In this document: piece after piece, positions 51,270-63,077 of the stretch
Layout: every line of letters begins with the position of its first letter
Numbering within the stretch: the stretch's first letter is position 1
Assembly: GCA_013265495.1 (NCBI GenBank)
Contig: MU058790.1
Span: 62,001-126,000, forward strand
DNA length: 64,000 bases
Origin: Vicugna vicugna
Taxonomy: Eukaryota
Direction: 5' to 3'
Made by a program: the position numbers and the translations under genes
Notes under the pieces: model-generated
The model's input: the letters and a program-made list of their open reading frames with translations, nothing else
The model's database searches: none
Told to the model about the DNA's origin: nothing

Positions 51270-51970
51270 GCCCGGGAGCGGGAGCGGCTATGTCACCTGG
51301 GCCTCGCTTGGCGGGGATGCGGCACCTGCTTTGGGGACACTAAAGGGCGGAGGAAGCAGCCGGGGAGACCGGTTTCCAAGGCCCGCCCGGCAGAAGGGCG
51401 GCTCCCGCCACCCCATCCACACCCCATGCACCGCACCCTGAGTCAGGCATTCCACCCCTCGACCCCGACCCCACCGCCGGTCCCCAGTACTTCCCCATCC
51501 TTCCACCCCGACTCTCAGCCCACCCACAGGGCCTCCGGGTGGGGAGCCGGGGATGGGCGAGGCGGATCCCCGGCCCCGAGGAGAGGACCCGGGCTCGGAG
51601 GACGCCGCACCCCAACTCTCGGGGACACCTGGCGCCGGGAGACCACCCGGCGGAGGCCAGACGCCGAGGCGGGCGGGGGCGGGGGTCGCTCGAGGGCGGC
51701 AGAGGGGCGGTACCTCGTCGCAGGGGCGGTGGTACTCCTCCATGGTGGCGCCGGCTCTCCCGGGGGGGCGGAGCGACGGGCGGGTCGAGCTCCGCGGCCG
51801 CGCACTGGCCTCCAGGGAGACCCCGCCCCCGTTTATGCCCCGGGGCGTGCCCCACGCAGGCCCCGCCTTTGCGTCGCAGTGACACCACCTTCCTGGCCCC
51901 CCCTCCCTTTTCCCTCCTCTTTACCCGCAGGGTTCCCGTGGCGGGAACCGTCTTCCCGCTGCCTTTCGAC
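51270..51970 (-). promoter_or_regulatory. DYNLT3: DYNLT3 CpG-island promoter
   Basis: Very GC- and CpG-rich around exon 1. GC boxes at 51821-51830 and about 51861; TATA-like CATAAA on the minus strand at 51832-51837, about 90 bp upstream of the ATG. Confidence 0.88.
51714..51743 (-). CDS. DYNLT3: DYNLT3 exon 1 coding part (dynein light chain Tctex-type 3)
   Basis: Perfect Kozak GCCACCATGG; MEEYHRPCDE|gtaccg. The five exons sum to 351 bp, i.e. 116 aa plus stop. Confidence 0.96.
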
Positions 51971-52596
51971 CTCTCAGAAAATGAGGGATGGGTGTTAAAG
52001 AGCTGGAATTTGTGCTCATGTGGGTCAAATAGGGTGTCAGTCTGTCTAGACTCCGTATTATTGATTGAGTGCCCACTGGCCTGGTTATTTGCACATATTC
52101 GTACATCATCATCCAGCAAATAAGTGTAGTGAATGCAATGGTGAACCAGCCGCCTTGATTTGTCTTCTTACTAGCTATGTCACTTGGAAAAATTAACCTC
52201 CCACCGTCTCAGTCTTCTCGTATGAAAACAAAATTATACCTATTTCATGGTTAGTTGTGAGGATTAAATAAGATGCTGTATATATTCCCCCTCCTAAAGT
52301 AGATGCTCTTAGACCCCTCCTCCTCCATGACTATGTAAATAAAAATATTTGATTTATAGGCAAGAAGGTACAAATATACTAAATTAAATTATAAATCTTA
52401 GCAGAGCAGTGGTTAAATTTATTTCAAAATTACAAAATGTTAGATAAGCCTAAGGATTTTCTCATTTAAACCCATGACAACCCAGCAGGTTTGGTTCTCA
52501 AGATGAAACTAAGGTACAGAGAGTTGAAGTAATTTACCCAAGGTCATATATCCAGTAAGTAGTAGAAAGATTTCAACTCAAATAGACTGATAGCAG

Positions 52597-53254
52597 TGTT
52601 GCCAGTGGATGTACCTGGTGTTCCAGGTTCTTGTCCCATCCCAGAAAGAATTCAGAGACAAGATGCGGAGGTTAAGAAACTAAAGTGAGGATTCATTAAG
52701 GGATGGATACTACACTTTGAAAGGGAGAGCAGGCAGGCTCAGGAAAGCAGCTGCCCTGTGTTTCTTTGGCAAGTTGGTTACATAGACTGTAAAAATGAAT
52801 AGGCAGAATATTCACTAGGGAGGGAAGGAATCTAGGGTCATATTCTCCGATTTTCATCCCAGCTCCACCTTCCCAAAAGGAGAAGAGATTTTTGTCCGTA
52901 TTTAGTCTGGATTGGAAGTGTCATGGCATCAGTGCATCATGGGTACCTTTAATCTGCAAGGCTAGATTTACTGAAATAAGGACATAATGAACAAAAGGTT
53001 ACATTTGGACACTGGAGATTCCTGCCTTTTCTCACCTTTCTTTGTTGGCCCCAGGCCGCTCATCACCCCAAAAGTTGTGACCACTTATCAGCCCAGAGGT
53101 TCCTGCTTTTCTTTCTCTGCCCAGGGACCCCTGGTGCTTACATGATGCATGGTTTCCTGCATTTTGCCCGTGCCCCTCCTTTCTGCCCAATTCCTGCCTT
53201 TTGGCCTGTGTCCCCCTTTCTCTGCTCATATCTAGCTATCTGCCTGCTCTAACA
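52597..53254 (-). mobile_element. ERV1-class solo LTR inserted in a MIR
   Basis: TGTT...AACA termini, 4-bp TSD-like gcag/gcaa, and a MER4-group-like U5 end (ccaggttcttgtc...agaaagaattcagag). Confidence 0.75.
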
Positions 53255-53277
53255 GCAACACTCAAGTTCTTAAACAC

Positions 53278-53640
53278 TGTATTAGTTTCCTGTTGCTACT
53301 GTAACAAATTATGAAAACGAGTCTGCAGGACTGTGTTCCCTTTGGAGGCTCTAGGGAAGAATTCATTTCCTTGGCTTTTCCAGCTTCTAGAAACTGCCTG
53401 CATTTTTTGGTGTAAGATCCCTTCCTCTATCTTCAAACCCAGCAGTTTAGCATCATTTATCCTTGCTGACTTCTACTTCTATCCTCGTGTCTTCTTGTCC
53501 TGTCTTGCTCTCAAGATCCTTAATGTAATCATATCTGCAACGTACATGCCTTTTGCCATGCAAGGTCGTATGTTCACATGGTCAGGGATTCAGATGTGGA
53601 CATCTTTTTTAGGGAGAGTCATTATTCAGCTTACCACAAC
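53278..53640 (-). mobile_element. MaLR LTR (MLT1A/C-like)
   Basis: tgtattagtttcctgttgctactgtaacaaatta...ggaggctctagggaagaattc...cttttccagcttctaga. Confidence 0.78.
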
Positions 53641-54277
53641 CACTGTTCTGTTTTTTTCCTCAAAAATCAAAGTTGGAGGGTTCATTAGTCATCTAGTCCA
53701 ACTCTTATTTTACAAGTAAAACTGCAGCTCAGAGAGGAGAAGTAAGTTGTACAAGGGCACGGAGCTGTTAACTGAACCCCTAGGTTTCTGACTTTCAGGC
53801 CCCTCCCTTCTCTGCTCTCACTTTATGAGCTTAGAACAAAATTGGCCTGTTTACCTGATGATGTGTAGTTTGTTACTGGTTCTTCTGAGTTATAGATCAT
53901 CAAGATTACTGTAGAAAAGCAATTGCAATTCATAGAGGAAGTGTATTTCTCCTTTTTCAGGACTCTTTTTTATACAAAGTTATTCTCCTGTGAGCAATTT
54001 CAATATCATATGAGGTGACTTAGTGTTGTTCTTGTGAACCCCTTACTTCCCAAAGAATTGTTTCTGTATCTAGGTAGATCAAATACAGAAATAAAACAAA
54101 AAATCTTAAAACTACAAGGACCACTCTATCATATCTTGGGTTTATGATGTGTGGTAATGAAACTGAGTTCCTTTGCCTAGTTTATGATTAACCTCTCTAT
54201 CCAAAACTTTGTTCCCTTTCTTGTTCTGTACCTGTTCCTCCACAGAATTGGGGAGTATCAAAGAACAGGGTGGAATT

Positions 54278-54510
54278 GTAACTGAGCAGGACCTTATGGG
54301 GCCTTTTCAGGATAGATGCCCTCCTCCAACCATGTCCCCCACATGCCTCTTGTTGGGAAAACTTTAGCCTTCTAGGCCTTCCCCAAATTCCAAAAAAATC
54401 AGAGAAGTGAGAAAAAGCAGAAACAAAGGAAAACAGTCAAGCAAGACAAAATAATAATAGTTTAGCCATTAAACAAAGTCAAGGACCTTTATTTTCTTCT
54501 CAAGGGCTAT
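54278..54510 (+). mobile_element. ERV1 LTR 5' fragment
   Basis: tgtaactgagcaggaccttatggggcc...aaacagtcaagcaagacaaaataataatagtttagcc resembles recalled cetartiodactyl ERV1 LTRs. Confidence 0.55.
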
Positions 54511-56179
54511 AGCAACACACAGCCCTACCAAGTATTTGGCTTCCTAACATGACAGTCTTAGGATATTCAGACATCTTACCTGGAAGCTCAAGTTTCCAAG
54601 TGTGAGTGTTCCATTAAGCAAGGCAGAAGCTATACCTTCTTTTGGTCTCACAAGTCCTTCTAGTCTGACGAATCACGCCGCATCATTTCCACCATACTCT
54701 AATCACTGAAGCAGTCACAGCCCACTCAGACTTGATAGGAGGGAACATGGAACCTACCTTTCAATGGCAGAACTGTCAAATAATTTGGGGGCCATGCTTT
54801 AAAATCACCACAGCTTTATTAATTTAGTATCTTGGTTGCAAGTAACAGAAGATTCAAGTAAGATGGGCTGAAATAATAAGGACATTTGTTTTCGGGCATA
54901 GAGATGTTCCACATTGGTTCAGCTGCTCAACAATTTTTTGGGAGCCTCTTTGCTTTCCATCTTTCCATTCTACTATCCTCAGCATATGAGCAGTCGTTAG
55001 TCATGGTCACACGTGGCTGCAGCAAATGGTATCACAAGGAATAAAGGTATCACATTCAATGAAGAAAATGGACATTGACTTGGGTTGATCAATTTTTCTT
55101 AGGAAGGCTAATCTTTCCTTCAAGTACCCAGGAGTCTTCTCCTCAGGTACCCTTGGCCAACGTTGGGTCACATGATTCCTCCCTTGGCAAAACCTATGGA
55201 GAAAACGTTTGGCATTTTTTCTTCTATGATGAAAAGTGAATGCTGTTAGAGAGGAAAAAGGGATGTGAAATAATATTTGGTCAGAAAGTCCTTACCAACT
55301 ATTTTCATGCTGTGGTCCATATATGAAAGACAGTAATAATTGTGCTTGACACTGGAATTTGGCACAACATTGTAAAATGACTATAACTCAAAAAAAATGT
55401 TAAAAAAAGTATTTCATTTTTCTGCAAAAAAAAAGAGTCATATTTGCATAGTACATTGGGGTAAACGAGAGGGGCTTTGGAGACATCTTTATGGTGTTTA
55501 GTGAAAAATTATTTTCTTTAAGTTATATAATTCTAAGGGGAAAAAAAGTAGAAAAGGTGTTAAAAATTGAATTTGTGAAAACTTCCAAATGAAATCTTTC
55601 AAATCCTTTAATGAGACTCTCAAGTTTGCTTTCATGAACATAGCATTTTATATCTGGGCTTTTGCTTAAAATAGCTATAAGCAATTTCTGTTTCAGAGAT
55701 TTTAATAATTATTTTTCCTCTAAATCTTAATAGATTCTATTGTTGAGAAGTGTGCTTCATAGAAGTAACTGTGAAAACATTTAGACCCATTTCACAAACC
55801 ATTCAAATTATATGTCAAGGCTTCTATAATGGTAGTCTGAGTAATTAGGACTAACCCTTTCACTGCCAATTGGGAAGGTTGTACAAAATACAATCAGCGT
55901 TTGCTCAAAGAAATTGGAGTTTTAATGATATGGAGAAGAATTATGGATCTAAGGCCTGGAGAAGAACGAACCCTCGAAGCATAAACAGGGCATTTGGGAA
56001 AGATTTTCCCCCTGGCAGGAGAGAGGATGCAAAACGCTTTGCTCATGGGCCAAGAGGTAAAATAATCAGATTCCATGCCTTGTCAAGGAGGAGTTCTCTG
56101 CTAAAAATCCTATTTTGGGTTGAGAATCCAAGGACTACACCCTAGGAAAAGGGTGTAAAACAATGAAACTTGATCTCGC

Positions 56180-56990
56180 AGGCACCAAAGCTCAGGTTTA
56201 AATTATATCGATTCCTGAAATCGAATTAAGGTGATCTGGCGTGGCTAATGCCTGCAGCCAACTTCCAGAAGCAAATGTAAATTCTTTTCGGAGGAAGAAA
56301 ACATTATCCTAGGCCTCAAATTAGGTATATCATTGTTCACATACATCATCAGGTGCACAATAAAATATAACTAGGCACATAAAGAGACAAAACAATGTCA
56401 TCATAAATCAATAGACAATGGGAACAACTCAACCAGGAATGTAGATGTGGAATTATCAGAAATAGACTTTTTTTTTTAAATTGGGGGGGAGGCAATTAAG
56501 TTTATTTTTTCAATTTTATTTATTTATTTACTTTAATGGAGGTACTGAGGAGCAAACCTAGGACCTTGTGCATGCTAAGCACGCACTCTACCCCTAGAAA
56601 TAGACTTTAAAATAACTATGCTTAATGTATTTAAAGAGATAAGATAAGATTGAGAATTTCCTCAAAGAACTGGAAACTATGGAAAATATCCAAATGGAAT
56701 TTCTGGAACTGGGAAATACAATAACCAAAATAAAAACTTAAAGGATGGGTTCAATAGTAGTTTAAACAAAACTGAAGATTTAATTAGTAAAAATGTTTAA
56801 ATAGGTCACAAGAAAATATTCAGAATGAGGCATAAATGAATGTAAAATACATAAGAAATCATAGAAACAAAAAGAATACCATAAGAATGTTTAACATACA
56901 TAATTGGAGTCCCAATAGGAGATAAGGGTATGGACAGAAAAATATTTTATGAAATAATAGCTGAAGATCTTACAAAAATGATTGAAGAAT
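56180..56990 (+). mobile_element. Ancient L1 5'/ORF1 fragment
   Basis: ggaattatcaga, caaatggaatttctggaactgggaaatacaataacc and taattggagtccca are ORF1 hallmarks. Confidence 0.65.
56471..56595 (-). mobile_element. vic-1-like SINE lacking the A-box region
   Basis: Perfect 13-bp TSD agaaatagacttt at 56458-56470 and 56596-56608. Confidence 0.88.
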
Positions 56991-57211
56991 TTTATTAATC
57001 AGGTCTTCCACAGGAAGCAGAGGAACACTCAAAATATCATAATTCAATAAGAATTTCTTTACAATGATGTGTGTTGGGGAGGTAGGTATGGGAGATCCAA
57101 AATGAATAGTTCAGGAACCTGATACAGTCTACCACTTTTGCCCCTCAGCATTCATCTTCTTGACCAGCTACGGAGGCAGAGATTATTTCGTATTATTTGA
57201 TCCTCTCACCT

Positions 57212-58022
57212 CTTTTTAAATATATATTTTTATTTAAGTATAGTCAGTTTATAATGTTGTATCAATTTCTGGTATACAGCATAATGTTTCAGTCATACAT
57301 GAACATACATATATTCGTTTTCATATTCTTTTTCACCATAACTTACTATAAGATACTGAATATAGTTCCCTGTGCTATACAGCATGAAATTGTTGTTTAT
57401 CTATTTTATATATACTGGTTAGTATCTGCAAATCTCAAACTCCCAATTTATCCCTTCCTACCCTTTCCTCCCATGGTAACCATAAGTCTGTTTCTGTTTT
57501 GTAAATAAGTTTGTTTGTCTTTTTTTTTTTAAGATTCCATATACAAGTGATATCATATGGTATTTTTCTTTCTCTTTCTGGCTTACTTCACTTAGAATGA
57601 CATTCTCCAGGAGCATCCATGTTGCTGCAAATGGCATTATGTTGTCAGTTTTTATGGCTGAGTAGTATTCCATTGTATAAATATACCACCTCTTCTTTAT
57701 CCATCCATGTTGCTGGACATTTAGGATGTTTCCATGTTTTGGCTATTGTAAATAGTGCTGCTATGAACATTGGGGTGCAGGTTTCTTTTTGAATTAGAGT
57801 TCCCTCCAGATATATGCCTAGGAGTGGAATTGCTGAACCAGATGGTAAATCTATTCCTAGTCTTTTGAGGAATCTCCACACTGTTTTCCACAGTGGCTGC
57901 ACCAAACTGCATTCCCACCAGCAGTGTAGGAAGGTTCCCTTTTCTCCACACCCTCTCCAGCATTTGTCATTTGTGGACTTTTGAATGATGGCCATTCTGA
58001 CTGGCGTGAGGTAATACCTCAT
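57212..58022 (-). mobile_element. 5'-truncated L1: ORF2 C-terminal CCHC region plus 3'UTR
   Basis: [43 protein letters not shown]...; MEYYSAIK...PFAATW. Confidence 0.92.
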
Positions 58023-58580
58023 TCTCTCCCCCTTTTAACTTCACCACCTTGTATGAGGGGCACCAATCGTGGCTAATATTTCTGGTTTCAAGTGGCTGCA
58101 TGACCAACTTGTTCTCACATTAGAATGACACCATGATTGATGGGTTGCCTCTGTGTGTCAAGCAGCATATTTTAAACTGCTCATATATTACATTTATATG
58201 GACTCTGTGATTACCAGTGTAATGTCACCACGGGGATGAATCTATGTGGTGTTGTACAATTATGGGAGATGAGAGACTCCTTCAAAGCCGCTCTGGAGGC
58301 TTTCTAGTTTTTTAATGCATGTTTTTCATTTTATATTCACAACTCTTAATTTCTATTTTCCCTACTTGTGCTTTCCAAAGTTATAAGAAGATCCCAGGTA
58401 ACTCTATAATCCTTATTAGTACTTTTGTTACCCATGAGACTAAATGCTACATACAACCACTTGACCCCCAGTGCTTTGCCCTCCACATACATTTCACCCT
58501 CTGGTGATAATATGAGTAATCATGATGTCACTTCATGCCATGAATTACTCATCCCCTGTGATTCTCAGCAAGAAGATTAT

Positions 58581-59052
58581 CCATGGATAATGGACTACTG
58601 CTCAGCCATAAAAAAGAATAAAATAATGCCATTTGCAGCAACATGGATGGACCTCGAGATTACTATACTAAGTGAAGTAAGTCAAAGACAAATACTATAT
58701 ATCATCTATATATGAAATCTAAAAAAAATGACATAAATGAACTTATTTACAAACCAGAAACAGACTCATAGACATAAAAAACAAATTTATGGTTGACAGA
58801 GGGGAAAGGGGTGGGGAGAGATAAACTGGGAGTTCGAGATTTGCAGATACTAACTGCTACATGTAAAATAGATAAACAACAAGGTCCTTCTGGATAGCAC
58901 AGGGAACTATATTCAATACCGTGTAATAGCCTGTAATTAAAAAGAATATGAAAAGGAGTATATATATGTGTGTGTGTATACAAATGAATCACTATTCTGT
59001 ACATCAGAAATGAACACAACAGTGTAAATAGACTATACTTCAAGAAAAAAAA
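58581..59052 (+). mobile_element. L1 3' end
   Basis: MDYCSAIKKNKIMPFAATWMDLE..., 3'UTR and A tail. Confidence 0.88.
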
Positions 59053-59059
59053 TGAAGAT

Positions 59060-60350
59060 GAAGCAATAAAAAAATTTAGGCCAATAACTGAGAAAATTAG
59101 TCACGAGAAGTACACTTTGAGAAATACAAAAATCTATTCTTTTGGCAAAAGACAAATAATCCTAGGTAGAAATTTGGGCAAAATAGACAAAAATGAAGAG
59201 TAATTAAAGGAGTAAATTTGTGGAAAAATTTAATGATTATCAACTCTATAACACAATAATGATAATGTCTTATGGAGTTTAATAGATATGTCAAATTAAA
59301 ATACAGGTTAACAGTATAAGATGGGAGGAAAATTAATCGAGTTAAAATGTTCAAAGACCTTCATTGTCAATGAAGTGGGTAAAAGTATCGACTTATATTT
59401 TGAGAAATCAAGGATGCATTATGCATTAGGTAAGCAATAAAGGAAAAGCTAAAAGCTGTGTAACTAATACAAGGTAATAGAGTGGGGAAACGGAATAATA
59501 AAAACACTCAACTCAAAAGAAGGGGAAAAAGGAAAGGAAAAAAATAACATAGTATAGATGGGACAAATAGGCACCAAATAGTAAGATAATATATTTTAAC
59601 CTCAATATATCGTAATTATGATGAATGTAAATAAATCACATATTTCATTTAAAAGGCCAAAGGCAAAACATTACTTTGCTGTTTACCAAAGACGTAAAAA
59701 ATATCAGGAATGGAGATAAGTTGAAAGTAAAATGATGGAAAAAGATATAGCATGCAACATTATCCATTATTATATATATGTATATATATTAATATAAGGC
59801 ATATATATCAATATCAGATAAAGTAGGCTCTAAAGCAAAAAAAAATTACTAGCAGAAAAGACACATTTCGTAATGATGAAAGAAAAAGTCAATTCAATAG
59901 GTAGAGATAACTGTCCTATATTTGTAGGCATTTAACAAATCACCTCAAAACACAAGGAGTAAAAATTAATAGAATTAAAAATTAATAGAATTAAAATTCA
60001 TTATTGTATGGCAGATTTTAACACCACTCCCTCAACAAGTGACACAGAAGCTGGCAAAAGCATTCAGGAGATTTGAACAACTTGATGAACGCATTTTATC
60101 TAATTGACACGTGTAGAACTCTGAATGCAACAACTGCAGAATACTTATTCTTTTCTTTTTTCTTTTCTTTTTCTTGTTTTGGCTGGGGGAGGTAATTAGG
60201 TTTATTTATTTTTAGAGAAGGTACTGGGGATTGAACCCAGGACCTTTGAATCCAGGACCTCGTGCATGCTAAGCATGCACGCTAATGCTTGAGCTATACC
60301 CTCCCCCTCAGAATACTTATTCTTGTCAGGTACAAACAGAACTTTATATG
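59060..60350 (+). mobile_element. Ancient L1 inter-ORF/ORF2-start fragment
   Basis: ttgaaagtaaaatgatggaaaaagatatagcatgc, cagattttaacaccactc, caacaactgcagaatac. Confidence 0.65.
60153..60308 (-). mobile_element. vic-1-like SINE with an internal 15-bp duplication
   Basis: Perfect 16-bp TSD cagaatacttattctt at 60137-60152 and 60309-60324. Confidence 0.92.
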
Positions 60351-60757
60351 AACTAGATTATCTTGCAGGGGAAATTTAATCAGCATTATTAGTATGAACA
60401 ATGATTGCAATATGGTGATAGATATTATGCCTATGTGTTTTGTAGCTGACGGTCCTTCCATTTCAAATCAGAGAAACATATACTCCCATCAGAAACCTTT
60501 TCTAGAATTAGGAAGTATTAACTTTACTGCAGAACTCTTCCTCTCTGAAAACTAGAGTTCATTTTTCAAGTTACAAGGTACCACTTTGGGAACGAAAAAT
60601 TCTGTATACTTGATAAGACACTTAAAATCACAGTCATTAACACTCTCACTAGTAGAGCATCATATGTTATGTAAATGTTGGTGGAACTCTCCAATTTGTA
60701 ATGCTAACCCTGCTTCCCTATAGGTTCTGTTTTGGGTATCTGCTTCTACAATTCTTT

Positions 60758-61250
60758 TGATACAGTTAAAAAGTGGATCGAGAGGATGGCCACGGCCCAG
60801 GTCTCAGTTGAGTCCCTGGGACGTGCCCCACCAAGTGTGCGTCCTTGGCTTCGCGCAGGAAAGAATTTAAGAGCAAGCCTCAGTTGAGTAAAGGTACATT
60901 TATTCAGAGAGATACATACTCCATCGACAGAGTATAGGGTGTCTCAGAAGGCAACAGAAAGGCCATGAGGTGTGGGGGTTAGGTGCTCAAAGTAAAAGTA
61001 AATACAGACTCCATAGACAGAGTGCGGTCCATCTCACTCAGAAGGGAGAGTGGCCAGGAGGCAAGGTGTTGCTAGTTTTCATGAGCTTGGTAACTTCATA
61101 TGCTAACAAGTGGGAGGATTATTCCAACTACTTTGGGGAAGTGGAAGGGATTCCCAGGAATTGGGCCATCACCTACCCTTTGACCTTTTATGGTCAGCCT
61201 TAAAACAGTCGTGGCACCTGTGGGAGTACCATTTAGCATGCTATTGTATT
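60758..61250 (-). mobile_element. ERV1 LTR fragment (MER41/MER4-group-like)
   Basis: ccttggcttcgcgcaggaaagaatttaagagcaagcc...tttattcagagagatacatactccat; internally repeated actccatagacagagt motif. Confidence 0.65.
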
Positions 61251-63077
61251 TCCTGAAAGTCAGATGATTGAAAAGAAAACAGTTTTTTTTTTTTTAAAGA
61301 AAACGGTGTTGAGGCCAAGATCTAAGTAACAAGCAAGATCCTCTCTTACTTGGTACGTCCTTTAAATCCCACTGTGGGTGTCAAAGCCAGGGGAGGGGTG
61401 GATTTCTAGGAGTACAGAAACTTTGTATTAGTGTCACACCTGGGCGACAGTGTTTTTATCAGATTCTAGGATTTTGACTTGATGTCTTTCCCTGTCTTGT
61501 TGGTATATTGGTGTTCTGGGGTATGAGTGAAAAAGGATAGCTGAGTACAAAGCCTCGCGTTACTGCACTATGATGAGCGCACTGGGGGGGTTGGGGTGGG
61601 GAATTAAGTAGGCACCAAGGGAGGAAAAAAAAAGACTTTTCCATGCAAGTTGACCCCTTTCCTCCAAGCTCATAGATTCTGTATGAGACATCTATCTCTT
61701 TTTCCTGCCCTTGTCTCTGTGTGAATTTTTATTATGATTCAGTACTTGTTCATGCAGCTAAAAGTGAAGTTACAGTGATGTGGCTGGTATGCTCTGCTCA
61801 TCCACACAATTGCAACAATAAAAATGTTTGGAGCTAAGGTTTGGAGGATTCATTCATTTGTGTGTTTTGGTCCCCTCTGCTCCTGCCATTTCTAGCAAAG
61901 GTAGTAATTTTTGAACCATTTATTTAGCTAAAAATTCTACTCATGTCATGGGTGATCCATGCCCCGTCTCATCCACAAATTACAAACTTGAAACCAATCT
62001 CAAGACTCAGCATATTTCCTTCCATCACAGAGAAAAAAAAAATCTGTTTCTTATTTAGTGTCTTTCAGTGGAAAAAAATACTGATCTTTTTGATTCGGGG
62101 TATATCATCTGACCCTGTTGTCTGTTACAGTGCTTTATTGCACTGGTGGGAGCTATAAACTGGTTAAAAAATAAATGTACTTCATGAATCCGCTATACTG
62201 ATTTAGGGAAAGAACAGGTGCAAAGAGACCAATTAAGTCTCACCCAGCTCTTAATTTCTGTGATTCTTCTAAACCATGTCTCATGAAGGACATTTCCTGA
62301 TGAGTTTGAAGGACTGGAGTAAGGTATTTACCAGCATAAAATGCCTTCATTAAGTTTAGTCATTTTGCTCATCAAAAATCTGCAGCCTTATCAGAGGAAA
62401 TCATTCATTGTCAAAGTTTATATGCTAATGACCCTTTTCATAGTCCAAGCACATTATAAATATTTATTCATAGGCCAGATGAGAACTGTTAAAGTGGTTA
62501 ATTTTAAAACAACTTTTGTACAGGGAGAAAATAACACTGAATATGAACAAAATGAGCATTTACGTCATGGTTTCCACATAATAAAGCATTTCCTAAGCAC
62601 TAGTACTAATCATGCATGTTGATTCAACACATCATATAGGCCTGGTTTTTAAATGCATAATCAGATATAAACATATATAGTTTGACCTCAGTCAACCTTA
62701 AGAGATGGTGGGTAGATTTCTTATGGCGACAGTCATCATTATATTCCATCCTCCTTAGGTAAAGACATGGATGACACAGATGTTGAACACAGCGCTGAAG
62801 CAGCATGATTAAGCACATTTCTTCTTCCTTTATTCCAAGGTATAAGAATTAATAATTGGCCCTGACTAAAATGTTCAAGGCTCAACTGTCTCCTTGCAGA
62901 CACAGACAAGAATGTGGAGAAAAATAAAAGCTTTTTATAGAGGGTTTTTTGCCTACATAGTCTTCATTCTGTTTCAGCCCTAGTTAATGTTGGATGGAGT
63001 GTGAGATTCAGAGCCTGGAGATTGCCAGCCACTATGGGGAGGACATAAGGCCACTGTGGCAGGAATTTGTTCAAATG

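Noticed and set aside
51288..52123. Long ORFs of 151-259 aa over the DYNLT3 promoter
   Set aside because: CpG-island artefacts; only the first 10 codons from the ATG at 51743 are DYNLT3 coding.
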